A stretch of DNA of 64,000 nt from Leidyana gryllorum EB-2025a (Eukaryota > Protista > Apicomplexa), in NCBI GenBank assembly GCA_048772705.1, contig JBLWGC010000033.1, positions 1 through 64,000 of the forward strand. Direction: 5' to 3'. Made by a program: the position numbers and the translations under genes. Below are positions 47,894-59,937 of this stretch, one piece after another (within the stretch, counting starts at the first letter, position 1; each line of letters begins with the position of its first letter). The notes below the pieces were generated by a model. It was not told where the DNA came from and did no database searches. It saw only the letters and a list, made by a program, of their open reading frames with translations.

Positions 47894-48169
47894 TCAGCCT
47901 GTGGATATGCTTGTCCTGGAGGAGGGTTTGATCGAAGGTAGTGCATAGCTACAGCGTGTTGCTGTTGTGCTAACTCTGTATGTCATATTGGATTTGGGGT
48001 GATGGGGGCTGCAATTGCTGTTACCTTCTCTGCGGGCATCCATTTCGAGTTGTCTAGCTTGTGATCGTCTGTTGGTTCTATTGGTGAAGAAAACGACGAG
48101 GACGGTGGCTCCTATGGCACCCAGTCCGGCAGCTGTGATGGTTAGGATCCAGTACCAAGGCAACGCCAT
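47894..48169 (-). CDS. Small single-pass membrane protein
   Basis: MALPWYWILTITAAGLGAIGATVLVVFF followed by a basic stop-transfer segment. May be spliced. Confidence 0.5.
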   Translation of the reverse strand: MALPWYWILTITAAGLGAIGATVLVVFFTNRTNRRSQARQLEMDARREGNSNCSPHHPKSNMTYRVSTTATRCSYALPSIKPSSRTSISTG

Positions 48170-51100
48170 AGTGAGCTCGTCAGCCTTGTTGCTAGCGAGC
48201 GCACTTTTTCACCGGCAACAGACACCTCTATCATAGACTTTCTGCCCGTGTGACAGTTATAGTCCTTGTCGTTGATTATGGTGCGAACCGCAGCATCATC
48301 GTTGGTCGTGATTAGCTGAAGCACACGCCCAGCCGTGTATGGATCCTGGTCGCACAAACGGTAGAGTAGAGCGGTACTCTTGGCCTCTAGCTGCGGATTG
48401 TCCACAACAGCACTAATTATTAAGATACCTAAAAGCCCAATATAGATAGTCTTGGAGCCTTTATACAACAAAATCTCACAAGTCAGTGGTAAACCCAGCG
48501 GAGCGCTGGCAGGGGCCGGATCGCATTGAGTGGCCGTCAGAAAGCTCACTAACTCCTCTGCTCCTCTGTGCGTGTGTGCGAAGCGGCCGCCGTATCAACA
48601 CCAATCTTACCTCGAGAGAGCAGTGCCCTCGACAGACTCACCGCGGCAGTCGTGAAACTTCACCGCCATCTGTCGGAGGGCCCGTTCCAAAATTGGTCGC
48701 AGAGCATTATTGATTCTGGCGATCGGCGAAGAGACGCCCCGAAGATTGACAATGACGACCGACCTTCACCACTCACCTGTGGACAACAAAAGTTCCACCG
48801 AAGACTACACAAACGTCTTTAAGTGTCCGCAAACTGGCGGCCATCGCCAGAGATGAGCTCTTGCTGTGTTGAGTGGCCATCTCCAGTGCTGGCCAACACT
48901 GGTGGAACCGTGGGAGGAAGCCGAGCTTCTGAGTAGAGTGTAAATATAACGCGTGGCGCATCCCGCAAAAAGCCCAGCAGACTCGGGTGGGATCGCCCGC
49001 GTCCTCCAAGGGAACGGCCTGACACTTTGGAAGCGCACTGTCCGCGAACCTTCGAGCTTGGAGAAAGTGCTCTCCTGTCTCGCCATCTTCGTCACCGGCC
49101 TCAACCTCCTCCAAATTGTCTCCAGCCTCGACACGACGAGCGCGATGAACCGCGATACCCCTTGCCGCTCTATACAGACAGACGGCGAGAACACGCAGGT
49201 ATCCGGTACTAACGTTGGGTGTCCATCTACTGATGTTCAAAACCTCTTCTCCAAGAGTCGCAATGGTTGATGCGGGAAGCCAAGTCATCAGACGTAACAG
49301 CCCGTTCCAATAAGGATCCAACGCCGGTGTATAGTCAAACGTTCTTAGATCAGATATCACAATGTCTGTGAGCAGATGCAACACCGAATTGGTCGCCCGC
49401 TCCAACAAAACATCGTCATCCATTGGCGACTCCGTGCCCCGACGCAGGAACGTAATAATCGCCGTTCCCGCAGCAACTGTACTGAAGGTCAGTCGTATTA
49501 TCAAAACCGGAAGGATGAACTGCCTTCGGCTCCCATTCTCAGTATACGTCAACATATCGATCATAGCCAATGATTCAGCTGTCAAACTCACATTCACTGC
49601 AATCGTTAGATCACGAAGCTCGTGGGGCCGTAGACTTGGACTTGACCATGTCAATGGCTTCCGCAAACAATCAAATACTTCGTCCACTACACTCGACGGT
49701 AAAACCTGGATCAATCGACTCGTGATCACAGCTAGCAGCGTCCGGGCTGCTATCGTCTCCTGTAAACAGCGGATCTGACTCGCAACTCCCGTTGTCCCTC
49801 CCGATGATGAACATCTTCTACCCCCTCCGACAACTAATTCCATTAACTCTTCGATCAGAGCACTACACAATAGTGCACTCGAACCTGCCACCTCCAACCA
49901 CCCGCTTATCAAATCCGAAACATGTGTAGCCGCGCTTGCCAAAATGACATTCGCGGCTCCATCTACCGCCCTTTTGAAATAATCAAAGGGCCGATCTACC
50001 CCCAAGCTACTTGTGTGACCAAGTACACAGGAAAGGGCATCTGTGTGCTGTCCAAAAGATTGAGCTCGTCGGCACCAAGTCGAACGTACCATGAAGTCGA
50101 AAGGGGAAAAGTAATTATGGATCATTGGTTGAATCCAATCCGTGTCAAAATGCCTGAATACTTTGTAGGTCATAAACCACTCGAACAGTCCAACGGCAAT
50201 CGCTTTCATGTATCTGCACGTCGCAACCTGTGCACGAACTTCAGTGAATGCCTCTATGGCTTTTATCACAGGCGGCAGGTCGCTCAAGTCACCTTCGGCC
50301 AACATCACTGCATCACGTAATATTTGATACTGTATTACAAACACCACACACGGGTGTGGTGGCTTCCGTCTTACATAATCGGCTCGGAAGTGTCACTATT
50401 TTCTCGGTCAAATGGTGATAATGCAGGCCGAAAAGTGGTTGGAAGAACGGCTCCAGATCGGTCTGCTGCAGTACGGGAGCCAAATTAGGATTGTCAAATA
50501 TGATCGATACCGCCAGCGATAAAGCGGACCGCTGCAGCAGCGGGAAACGGCGGCGGGCTTGATCTTGCTCTTGAGCGGCGTACCACAGCAGGGTGACTGG
50601 CATATTGGCACATATTTCTACGATCGCTCGCTGAACGACTGAAATGTCGATTTCCTCTTTTCGTACTTTCAACAAGGTCCAAGCGATACGGGTCATCGAA
50701 TCTAAGAATCTGGACGAATCTTTCTTGATCATGGAATCAAACTTGGCCAGCTGTTTACATGCGGCTGCATTATACGCCTCGAATTCGGTTATTTTCTGGA
50801 GACCTTCTGTTCGCTGCCATTCACCAAATGCTTCAAGGACTCTAGGATCATCCTTGAGTCCCTTGGTCGTCCACACCGTGAGTAAAGTCGAAGCTTGGCG
50901 AAAAACATCTTTTCCCAGTCTGGGATCGCCCGATTTGAGGACTCGAATGGCCAGCAGTAGAACCAAAGGCGCTTCGGACGAGACCAAGTCCTTTCCAAAC
51001 CCCCAATTCATTTCGCCAATAGATATTAGCCATCCCATCAGTGCTTTGACGGGGCGTCTGTCACTCGAAGTTCCTTCTTTATCGACACCACTATGTGACC

Positions 51101-51749
51101 TGACGATTCGATCAGCGACACGGATCAAATGCATCAGGCCGTTTTGTACATATTTATGACAGGCCACATTGACACAAATTGCTTGGCAGGCAGCTTCTAG
51201 GGACCGATCTGGTCGCAAGGCCTTCAGTCCAGCTTCCTCAGAACATATATCTCCAAACGAGTGTACCTTGTGAAGTCGCAACATGACCTCTTTGGACAAT
51301 CGTCCATAGAGGACATCGGAGCTGGTCGTCGTCACACTGGGTGCTGCCTCCTCCTCCGCATGATACAATCGGAAGAGGGGTTCTAGTCGTTTTAGCACCA
51401 GTGCTAAGTCAGTAAATGAGACCACTCCTTCCAATCGTTGCACTAATGACAGTGCAGGCCAGGCTCGCAAGCTTTGTCGCACAATTGGATGCGAAAGTAA
51501 TGATGCTTGTGTCATGTTGGGTGTTGTCGGCCGTGATGATTGAGCGGTTTTGACGAGTTCGAGGAGGCGGCGATGGTCGGCCAGATATGGTGTGATGTTG
51601 TCGGCCACATATTCGTTGTCGGTCCAACATTTCTGGAGATTGGTGGTTGTCTCAAGGGCGTTGACAAACTTGGTGTGATTGTATTTAGCTGCATCCGTCA
51701 AGGAAAGCAGAAAGGGGGGCCTTTTTAGCAGGGTTGCGAAGGGATCCAT
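48142..51749 (-). CDS. Large helical (HEAT-like) hypothetical protein, multi-exon
   Basis: Consecutive ORFs 50313-51860, 48773-50347 and 48142-48549 with leucine-rich helical character. Junctions and 3' end are approximate. Confidence 0.6.
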
Positions 51750-51781
51750 TGACACATTGTTGCATAAAAATTGAATCTCTC

Positions 51782-52192
51782 TCAGGGTCGCCTGACTACC
51801 ACAACTCTCCTTTCTTTTCGCTTGACAGTCTTTGATATCACTACCCCGGCCACAACACATAGACTAAGCAAGAAGCAGGCAGCTGCTGCATAATGAGCCC
51901 AGGTCTCGTCCTCGTACTCAATGATGGTGTATCCAGGCTCATACTCCGTCACGGTATATCCTGGATCTATCTCCTCGTATTGGCAGGTTATAGCTTCTCC
52001 AACAATCGTTTCACCTGGTTGCATGTACACTTGATCCACATTTGTGTATAAAGTGGCATCTTCTATGACCACCTCTTCCCCATAAGACGGTTGGACTGTA
52101 ATGGTTGAGGCCAATGCAGCTGGCAAGGCGCTACGTAGCGTTCTGCGCCTGCTCGTCGAAGTTGTCGCCTTCCTGAGAGACGGAGGTCTCAT
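51782..52192 (-). CDS. Small membrane protein with an acidic Tyr-repeat segment and C-terminal TM
   Basis: (E/D)PGYT(V/I)xEYE repeat, TM segment AAAACFLLSLCVVAGVVI and a basic tail. Confidence 0.55.
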   Translation of the reverse strand: MRPPSLRKATTSTSRRRTLRSALPAALASTITVQPSYGEEVVIEDATLYTNVDQVYMQPGETIVGEAITCQYEEIDPGYTVTEYEPGYTIIEYEDETWAHYAAAACFLLSLCVVAGVVISKTVKRKERRVVVVRRP

Positions 52193-52222
52193 AGAGCAAA
52201 AAAAAAGTAGAGCCACTCACAC

Positions 52223-53049
52223 TTAGGGGGGGTTGTTGTTCAGTGCGGGCGGCGACTCCTCCAACTCAGAGGAAGTCAATCCAGCGGCTTGTAGTAATGT
52301 GTAGACAAACTGACGACCCTGCGAGGCGCGCAGCAAAGCGGTCAGGGAGTGTAGCCAATCCGCTTCCGAACAGGGAACGCTGTCCAGCTTTTCTAAGATC
52401 TTAGTAAACAGTGTCTCGATGCGTCGCAACGTTGCAGCCGCCGAGTCGTTGTCGAATGTAGGTTGCTCCTCATCACTGCTACCTCCACTGGAGGTCGCAG
52501 CCTCAGGCAGACTCTTCGCATTAGTATTGCCGGTCCTATCCGCTGCAAAAGCGTTCACATGAGATCCATGGATATATATGTATATATCACGGGCACAATC
52601 ACGTGTGTGCTGTATCACAAAATGCGTGAGGACAGGGCGGGCGGACCAGAGAGAAGAAGATCATTGTTCCAGGCTGTCTGGGTGGAGGCATCACACAAAC
52701 CACTCAAGCACTTGCCACGTGGTAACACGTGGGCGGCGCTGCACCAAATACAGACGGAATTGCCTGGACGGCAATGTCTATCGGTGTGCGTGGCGAGAGT
52801 GTGCGGCGGGCCGGCAACTTGGAGACACGTGCGATGTATGCATTCTCTGAAGCCGTACACTGCTAATAGAGATCGAGTGCCCCAGATCTGCAGCGCGTCA
52901 TTGCAGGCGATGTTGAACGCGCCGCAGAGCTCCTCCCACACCATAGACTTGCCCACAGCGACCAAAAACGTTACCACGGGTGCTGGCTGACTTTGAGCAA
53001 CGCAGCTCCGGGCCGAAGCAGAAGACGGAGAGAAGTAAAGGACAACCAT
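52223..53049 (-). CDS. Hypothetical protein (spliced)
   Basis: ORFs 52615-53061 and 52223-52618, with an acceptor TTTGCAG at about 52543. Internal structure unresolved. Confidence 0.4.
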
Positions 53050-53099
53050 ATAGGATTGCACAGCTGGGAGCGCGGACGGCTGCTCTGAGCGCTCTCGAG

Positions 53100-53945
53100 C
53101 TACTTACAGGATTGGTCAGGAGAGTTTAAACGAGCCTTGCGGCCCTGTTTGGGCGTAATAGTGCTGCTGATGCGCCTGCTCAGTTCGCTGGCGTTTTCTA
53201 TGGTTGAGGTGCTTATAGAGGATTGGTGCTTGTCCATCAACTTTGCACAGAGAGAAGGCCTCCCACCACTAGCGCCACCGCAGACAGGAGAGGAAGTGGG
53301 AGGTTGGTCGGCGTGTTTGGACTGTCGCAGAGAATGATGATGAGCCACTTGTCCAGGTACGTGATGCTGCTCGCCTCGCTTAATGGTGACCTTTAGGCGT
53401 TTTCCCGCTACCGGATATCCGTTAAGAACACTAACGGCTTGACAGGCGGGCGCCACCTCAGTGTAACTGACGAATCCGAAGCCCAATCGTCGTCCTGAAG
53501 ACTTTTCAGTGGCGATGCGAGCAGAGAGTATGGGGCCGAACCGAGCAAAATGCACTGCCAGCTCATTTTCGTCCCACTCATTCGGGATATGGAACACGAA
53601 TACGTTCGCTCCAGGGGGCCCGTGGGCTTGTGAACCGATGGCGGCTCTCGGTATATTAGCTGTAAGCTGCGCGAAGCGCAAGGGGGGCGTTAAGCACGGA
53701 GAGGGCGGCTGGGGGGTCTCGAAAATACGCTTGAGATGCGCATCAAGTGTGTCAGGCCGGGTCCACCCCGGCTGAAATGCCTGCTGCTCACTCTCCGCGC
53801 TACGCACCACCATGGGATACCGCTTGCGGTAAGCATCGAGCAGTGCGCTGGCGGTAGGAAGTGGCAGGTAATTGTCATCAACAGCGATGACCCCTCGTCC
53901 TCCTGTGCCGGACGGCACCTCAGCAGCCGATCGGCCCAGTAACAT
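53100..53945 (-). CDS. Single-RRM RNA-binding protein, CELF/Bruno RRM3-like
   Basis: GPPGANVFVFHIPNEW..RFGPILSARI..GFGFVSY..LNGYPVAGKRLKV. Confidence 0.85.
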   Translation of the reverse strand: MLLGRSAAEVPSGTGGRGVIAVDDNYLPLPTASALLDAYRKRYPMVVRSAESEQQAFQPGWTRPDTLDAHLKRIFETPQPPSPCLTPPLRFAQLTANIPRAAIGSQAHGPPGANVFVFHIPNEWDENELAVHFARFGPILSARIATEKSSGRRLGFGFVSYTEVAPACQAVSVLNGYPVAGKRLKVTIKRGEQHHVPGQVAHHHSLRQSKHADQPPTSSPVCGGASGGRPSLCAKLMDKHQSSISTSTIENASELSRRISSTITPKQGRKARLNSPDQSCK

Positions 53946-54281
53946 CTTTTAACTCAGACAGAACTTCGAATGGTACACGACGAAATAGTCAAAGTGTAGA
54001 TTCGTTAATCTACAACGCACAGTGAGAGCCAATAGAACAAAGAAGGTTGGTGATTATGATATATCCTTCGGTCAAATGATGAGCTGTAGGATAGATCCAC
54101 GCACGCGCAAATCGTCAGAACTCGACGCCACAATTACAACGCCACAATCAGCGCTTCGAGTTCTGTTACGGCCTCAAGGTACACAAAAACGGTAGATATA
54201 TGAACTGGCAACGGAGCCAATAGCCGTGAGTGAACCTTCGAGGTTTAGCCCCTGTTGAAACTTACCACACGAATTTTACAA

Positions 54282-56657
54282 ATGCAAAACCCCCAATCCA
54301 CCCCTGAACCCACCCGCCTCGTCGAATACCCCGATGCAAGGGCACTTACACTCAAGGATGCTGTCCGGGCGTGGCAGGCACGCTCCAATAAAGAGGATGG
54401 AGAACTAACCCCTCCCACGCTTCCGCGTCCTAAGAAGGCACCCAGACCGGAGCTACGCTTACAAAGTGAGTACCGTTCACGCTGGTGGTTGTCCCTAGGC
54501 ACCGACTATCGATGCCAATCAACCGCTTATCTCATTGCGTCTCCGCTATGTGCCGTGTGCGTTCGCACACGGGTATGCTGTTTAACCTGTTGCTGCGCTA
54601 TGCCATCCCAGTCCTCCGTTGAGGGTGGTGAACAGCTTTGCTTTACATTAGCACTCCGAGTGGTCCATCGGCATCCTTGATGGGATGTGCGGCGTTGGCG
54701 GCTGTGAGGGTCGGATGCTTTGTGACTAGAGCTTCCATTATTCATGTTTGGCTGCCCACACATTCTTTTGCCCTCAGGAGAAGGTGGAGCACCTAGCGCT
54801 ATTTCTGCTGCCGTTGCACTGGCCGAATCGGCTGGTTCTGGACGACCTGCGACTTTCACTGGGCCAAAATCATTTGAGGAGATTATGAAGGCCAAACGCG
54901 GCGAGAACGATGAAGATTCAGTTTCCGCTCAACATGTGACTAAGCAATTGCGTATAAGTACAGAGGAAGCGGGAATACCCACAGGTGAGGGACGGACTTG
55001 TTCGTTCGGCGACTCAAATTGTTCTTCAGCTACTACACCTCTTCGCCCACTAATGAGGCCACAGTCTGCTCGGCCGAGGCCGGCAGGGTTGAGGCCAATG
55101 GTCGCCAAAGGGGCGACGGCGACTCCGACTGTTCGGCCCGCAATGCCAGCCGAAACACCTCAAACCACCCCAACCGAAGCTCCTTCGTCAGCACCACTGC
55201 CAGTTCCATCGGCGTCCGATATATTCGGTCGCCCCTCGGGGCTGCCAGGATCCACAGGGCCGTCTTCCGTCATTAGCAATGGTCCAGCGCAGCGTCGTCC
55301 CTCGTTACAAGCAACTGCAGTTGCCCCTCCCAACCCCTTAGTTGGAATGCCCCCTTTAACCCCGTCAGTTCCCCTTCCTGTGCCCGGCGGCATGGGGGGC
55401 GATACGGCGCCACCGCCCCAGAATGTGGCTCCTCCCAATATGTTTGCGACTGCCCCGCAACGGCCCCCAGCTGTGCAGCCGAGTCGCCCTCCTCTTACCA
55501 AGTCAATACCTTTGCCGGTGACGGTGAACAACAACAATAATGTCCCGAGTCCGCAAATCCCACAGCCTACGGTGACGCCACCGGTGTCGAAGGCACCCAC
55601 ACCAGGTCCCAAGCAAGGCCCCCCACCTCTACGCAAGGCCGTGGCCCCTGCATCATCGGCCAAGGCTTCACCTGTCCAGCCCAAGCATCAGCCTGTGAGA
55701 CAGGTGGTCTCTGTACTGCCGCAAACAGCCAAAGTGCCCAGCGTGACTGTGACTCCATCACCGTCGTCGCTCGGTACAACACCGATGACATTACAAACAA
55801 TCTCTACAGCCGACCCTTCTCCCCCCACCCCAGCAGCAGCCGCTGCAGTGGCTCCTATAGTGGGGAACGCATTGGCCGTTGCTGCCGATGTCGCTCCCTC
55901 TCCAGCCGCGGTGGCTGCGCCGAGCCCGGTCAAGGCGGCTCCCCCTACGATCGAAGCGGTGCGAGCGAAGATTCCAGCGAAAGCTGTACAACAAGTGACA
56001 GGAGCGAAGAGTGGGCCTGGCGTTCCGGTCAAGACGGGTGGCAAGGCGGCTGCTCCTCCTCACCCCAACTCTACTACTACGGTCACGCCGGCGAAAGCCG
56101 CCCCCAAGGCGGTGGGTAAGGTGATGGCAAAGGCTCCACTGGCGGCAGGAAGCGGTGGTGTTGCTAGTAAGGGCGGCCAGCAACCGCCAGCAGCAGCAGC
56201 AGTGCAACAGGTTCCTCCTCCTGCTGCAGGAGGAGCAGCAGCACAGCAACACCCTCCACCTCAGCAGCAGCAGCTGCCGCCTCCTTCACAGCCGCAGCAG
56301 CAGCAGCAGGGGAAGGCGGCAGTTCCGAAAGCGGTTGCGGTGACGGCAAAAGCTGGTCGCGGTGGAGTGCAACCTGCAGTTGTTGCTCCAAAAGTGGTTA
56401 TTGAGACTGTGGACGTTTCATTAGCCGAAGTATTGGGATTGGGGGGTAAGAGCCGTTTGGAAGCATTGGAAGCTGTTGCGGGTCGTTTGGGGGTTGGGGA
56501 CCGGGAAAGTTTGGATCGGCGAGTGAACGCGATATTGGCGCCGCTTACGGAGGTTTCTGGTCCGGCCGCTGAAGAGATGACGTGTGAAGAACTATGCACG
56601 GCTCTGCATGACATCGTTGGGATGTTCGAGTCTGAGCTCGAAGGGCCGGCGATTTAG
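54282..56657 (+). CDS. Pro/Ala/Gln-rich low-complexity protein
   Basis: Exon 54282-54465, intron GTGAGT..CCTCAG to 54777, then a long exon with a GPKSFEEIMKAKR motif and a small helical C-terminal domain. Confidence 0.7.
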
Positions 56658-57165
56658 TAATTCAGCGTCAGTTGTAGCTGTTGAACAACACATGCATAAA
56701 TTGATCATATACCTCTAAGGGGGGGGGCGAGCGTGAGGAGTCTGGTGCGCGAGCCAGCCAGCCAGAGAGGCAGACAGGCAGGCACGCACTGTATAGTAGG
56801 GGGGTAGGGGGCTTGAGCTGTCGGCGGTATGACGAGTTGTCGTCCGCTCCCAGGCGATTTGGGCGTGAAACGGACCGCACAAGTCGCACGGAACACACAC
56901 ACACATAACCTCGAGTACGTTTAGTATTAGTAGAAATATAGGGCTGTTACCAGGGGTTGTTATTATTGGTTATTCGTCGTTGTTATCGTCGTTGTGGTTG
57001 TCGTAAAAGGTCGTTTGGTCAGTGTGGGGAGGAGTATTTAGTTGAGCGAGTAGAGGATTGGTCATTTTCGTTGCAGCATTTTGAGATGAAATGGGTGTCA
57101 ATGCTTTTCTTTCTTATCTCTCGAGAATGTAAGAGGTGGGCAGTAGATAGGCATTGAATGTAGCA

Positions 57166-58471
57166 TTAATCTGCGGCGGGTATCCATGAAGTGTTTGCCC
57201 TCCTACGCGCGCGAGTGCGTATTAGTTCGCGGCTGTCCAGAGTGTAGCTGCGATCATCACGACAGCGTCTCTCTTCGGAGAGAGAGTCGCTGCGGGATGG
57301 TCGATGCAAAGAGACGGTGGTGCTGGTTGTCGAGCCACTTCGGCAGGACTTCTTGGAAACATTGGCCGAGAAAGAGCGATTTAATGCAATACTCACTCGA
57401 CGGGGACGATCGGGCCGCACTGGTGTATCAGCCCGTTGGAGCGCGCTCCGCCGCGAGAGAGACGCGACTAGTGACCGGCAGAATATTTCCAGATCATCGC
57501 GAGTCTTCGGCAGGCTTATATGTTCTTCCTTGGGGGGCGGCATTGTGTATATATTCGGAACAACTAAATTTACGAGCAGCTACCTCGCTTCGTCGAATAC
57601 CGTCTCTCACAGACCGGCCACGCGGGTCCCCCCATTCCCCACCCCGCCCAAATCCGACCTGCCACCACCCTGGCCCGTTTCATGCTCCAGGTGCCAGCAT
57701 CCCAACCCTGCGAGTGAGATCAAACCAAGATCAAGCAATAAGAGTACACCTCTTCCCCCCTTTGCCGCAGCTAACCTCCTCTCACCTTGTACCAAGCCCC
57801 TGAGCACGACGGTTGTGGTTGTCCCTCGAACACCGTTCGGACCACCTGCCAAGACAGACAGATCGATCTCTCTGTAGATGAAACGGGCGGTTTACCGTCA
57901 GAGGCCAATTAGACACGTGGCGGACAAACGCTTCCACGCCGTCCAAGCGATTGACAGCGTAATCCGCAGAAATACCCGCGCAGTCATCGGCACTTGTCTC
58001 TCTCTGTTTTGGAGTCGCTCCTTCATGAGCGTGCAGCCCGAGCAGCTCGGCAGCTAAGCAGGTCCAGAACTGAGCGACAATGATGGATAGTGACACACGA
58101 CGCGCTCCCACTCACTCCAATGACCAAGTCTCCCATGGCACCGAGACCCGTGAATAGGCTAGTTCTAAATCCTGAGGACTCGTAAAAGTGAATCGCAGGC
58201 TCCAAGTAGTAATCAACCTTCTGTAATATCTCACGGCCAGCCTCAGTCCTGTCAGCACTTTCAGACACCGCCCTCCGACCGCCCTTACCGATCGGCGACA
58301 GATTTTAGTCGCGGACTTAGGTATTTGTCCGTTATAGCGGGCACATATTGATTTGAAAGTACCAGCAGGTAAGACCCCAACCGTGCCACCTGATTGTAAG
58401 CGGCTGCCAGACCACCAATCAATCACTCCTCCCCGCCAAACCTTACACTCCAGTGGCTTGTGAATCATCAC
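57166..58471 (-). CDS. Hypothetical protein, multi-exon
   Basis: Chain of minus-strand ORFs separated by GT-AG intron-like segments. No recognised domain. Confidence 0.45.
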
Positions 58472-58593
58472 TCTCTCCCGCTCAAAGAAAACAAGTCCCC
58501 CACTTCGACGGTCAGTCTAACTGTCTGTGCAAGAAGAACTCACTTCCCTCACAGTCAGCCAGGAGAGAGATACGCCAAAAAAAGCGACACGAG

Positions 58594-59904
58594 ATGGCTC
58601 TGCCCTTTCGATTAGAAGAAGAGTCAGAAGACCTCCGCCAACTATGCGAACTCGATGGAGACATCTTCGACCCCGCTCCACCCTCGCCACCCACGCGAAA
58701 GCACAAATCAGACCGAAGAGCAGAACGCCATGAGCGCTACAAAGAAAGAAGACGCATCAGACGCCGCGCCAAAATCAAGGAGAAACGCGCTGAAGCCTCA
58801 CAGAAACGTAGAGCAATGCTCGATGCCATGACCACAGGTACGCACAAACTCTTTCGCCGTCCTCTGACACTCAAACCGCCCATGAGCGACCGCCTCTCCT
58901 CCAAACCTTCAACAAATCACCCTTACCGCAGAGGAGAGGATCGCCTACATCCAAAATGAGCGTGCCACCAAGGAACAGGACGAGATCGACACGCGCGCAA
59001 GGCTTCAAACTGACCAGGCCACCGGCAGACTCAAACTCTGGATCAGTCTTGATTTCATGGATATCATGAGCGAAAAGGTAACTTTCCTTTTCACATTGCT
59101 TGAGGGGGGGGGGGGGCGACTCCATCAAGGACCGCCCAACATTCACTGAACCTTCTAAACTCCAATATCAATGTTCTGCCACCTTCAGGAATACAAAAGT
59201 CTCGCCAAACAGATTCAATGGATGTGGAACTCGATTGTTCGGCATAATAACTATTCTGTCAAGATCACATTGGGCCCGTTCGTCGAAAACGGCCACTTCC
59301 ACAAAGCCGCCCAGATGCTGGGCTTTGTGAATTGGAAGGTCAACTGTGACCCAAGGAGCGTCCAGGAAGTCGAAGAAGCGTCAAATGTCATCGTTCTAAG
59401 CCCCGACGCTGAGGAATACTTGACATCGGCAGAACTTGATGACGATGCAAACGTGTTTGTGATAGGCGGAATTGTTGACCGAACGGTCCGAAAGGTGAGT
59501 AAAGCTCCTCAATAGCCACTGTGGGACTCCGCTGCAGAACGAGACATGGACAATGGCCCGAAATTGGGGCGGTGTTCGATGCCGAAAGCTCCCACTACAT
59601 GAAAGCCCTGTTAAAGTACATGGGATTCTCAACGTCAACACTGTGTATGATATCATGGCCGCTGTCAAGTTCGATCGACTGTCTTGGGGAGAAGCCGTCG
59701 AGGAGCACACCCCAAGCAGACGCCACGGCGACCCAAAGCCACGGGTGGGTCCTTTCTACAGTTCAACACACGCATTGTTTGCAGAAACCACGAATTCGTG
59801 GAGAACGACCGGTTGGTGAAGAAGTCGCTGCTGATGTCCGTTCTTCATCGTCATCGTCGTGCGTTTCCGACGCGGATGACAATTCATCTGACAGCAGCAG
59901 ATGA
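58594..59904 (+). CDS. TRM10: tRNA m1G9 methyltransferase Trm10
   Basis: Basic N-terminus, then LDFMDIMSEK|EYKSLAKQI, VLSPDAEE, FVIGGIVDR, RKLPL, ILNVNTV and SWGEAV..PSRR. Confidence 0.9.
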
Positions 59905-59937
59905 TAGATTTCTATACGGTTGGGACAGATCGAATCG

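Noticed and set aside
54060-54120. U6-like or C/D snoRNA-like words (CTTCGG, GCAAATCG, ATGATGA)
   Set aside because: No ACAGAGA box and no appropriately placed D box.
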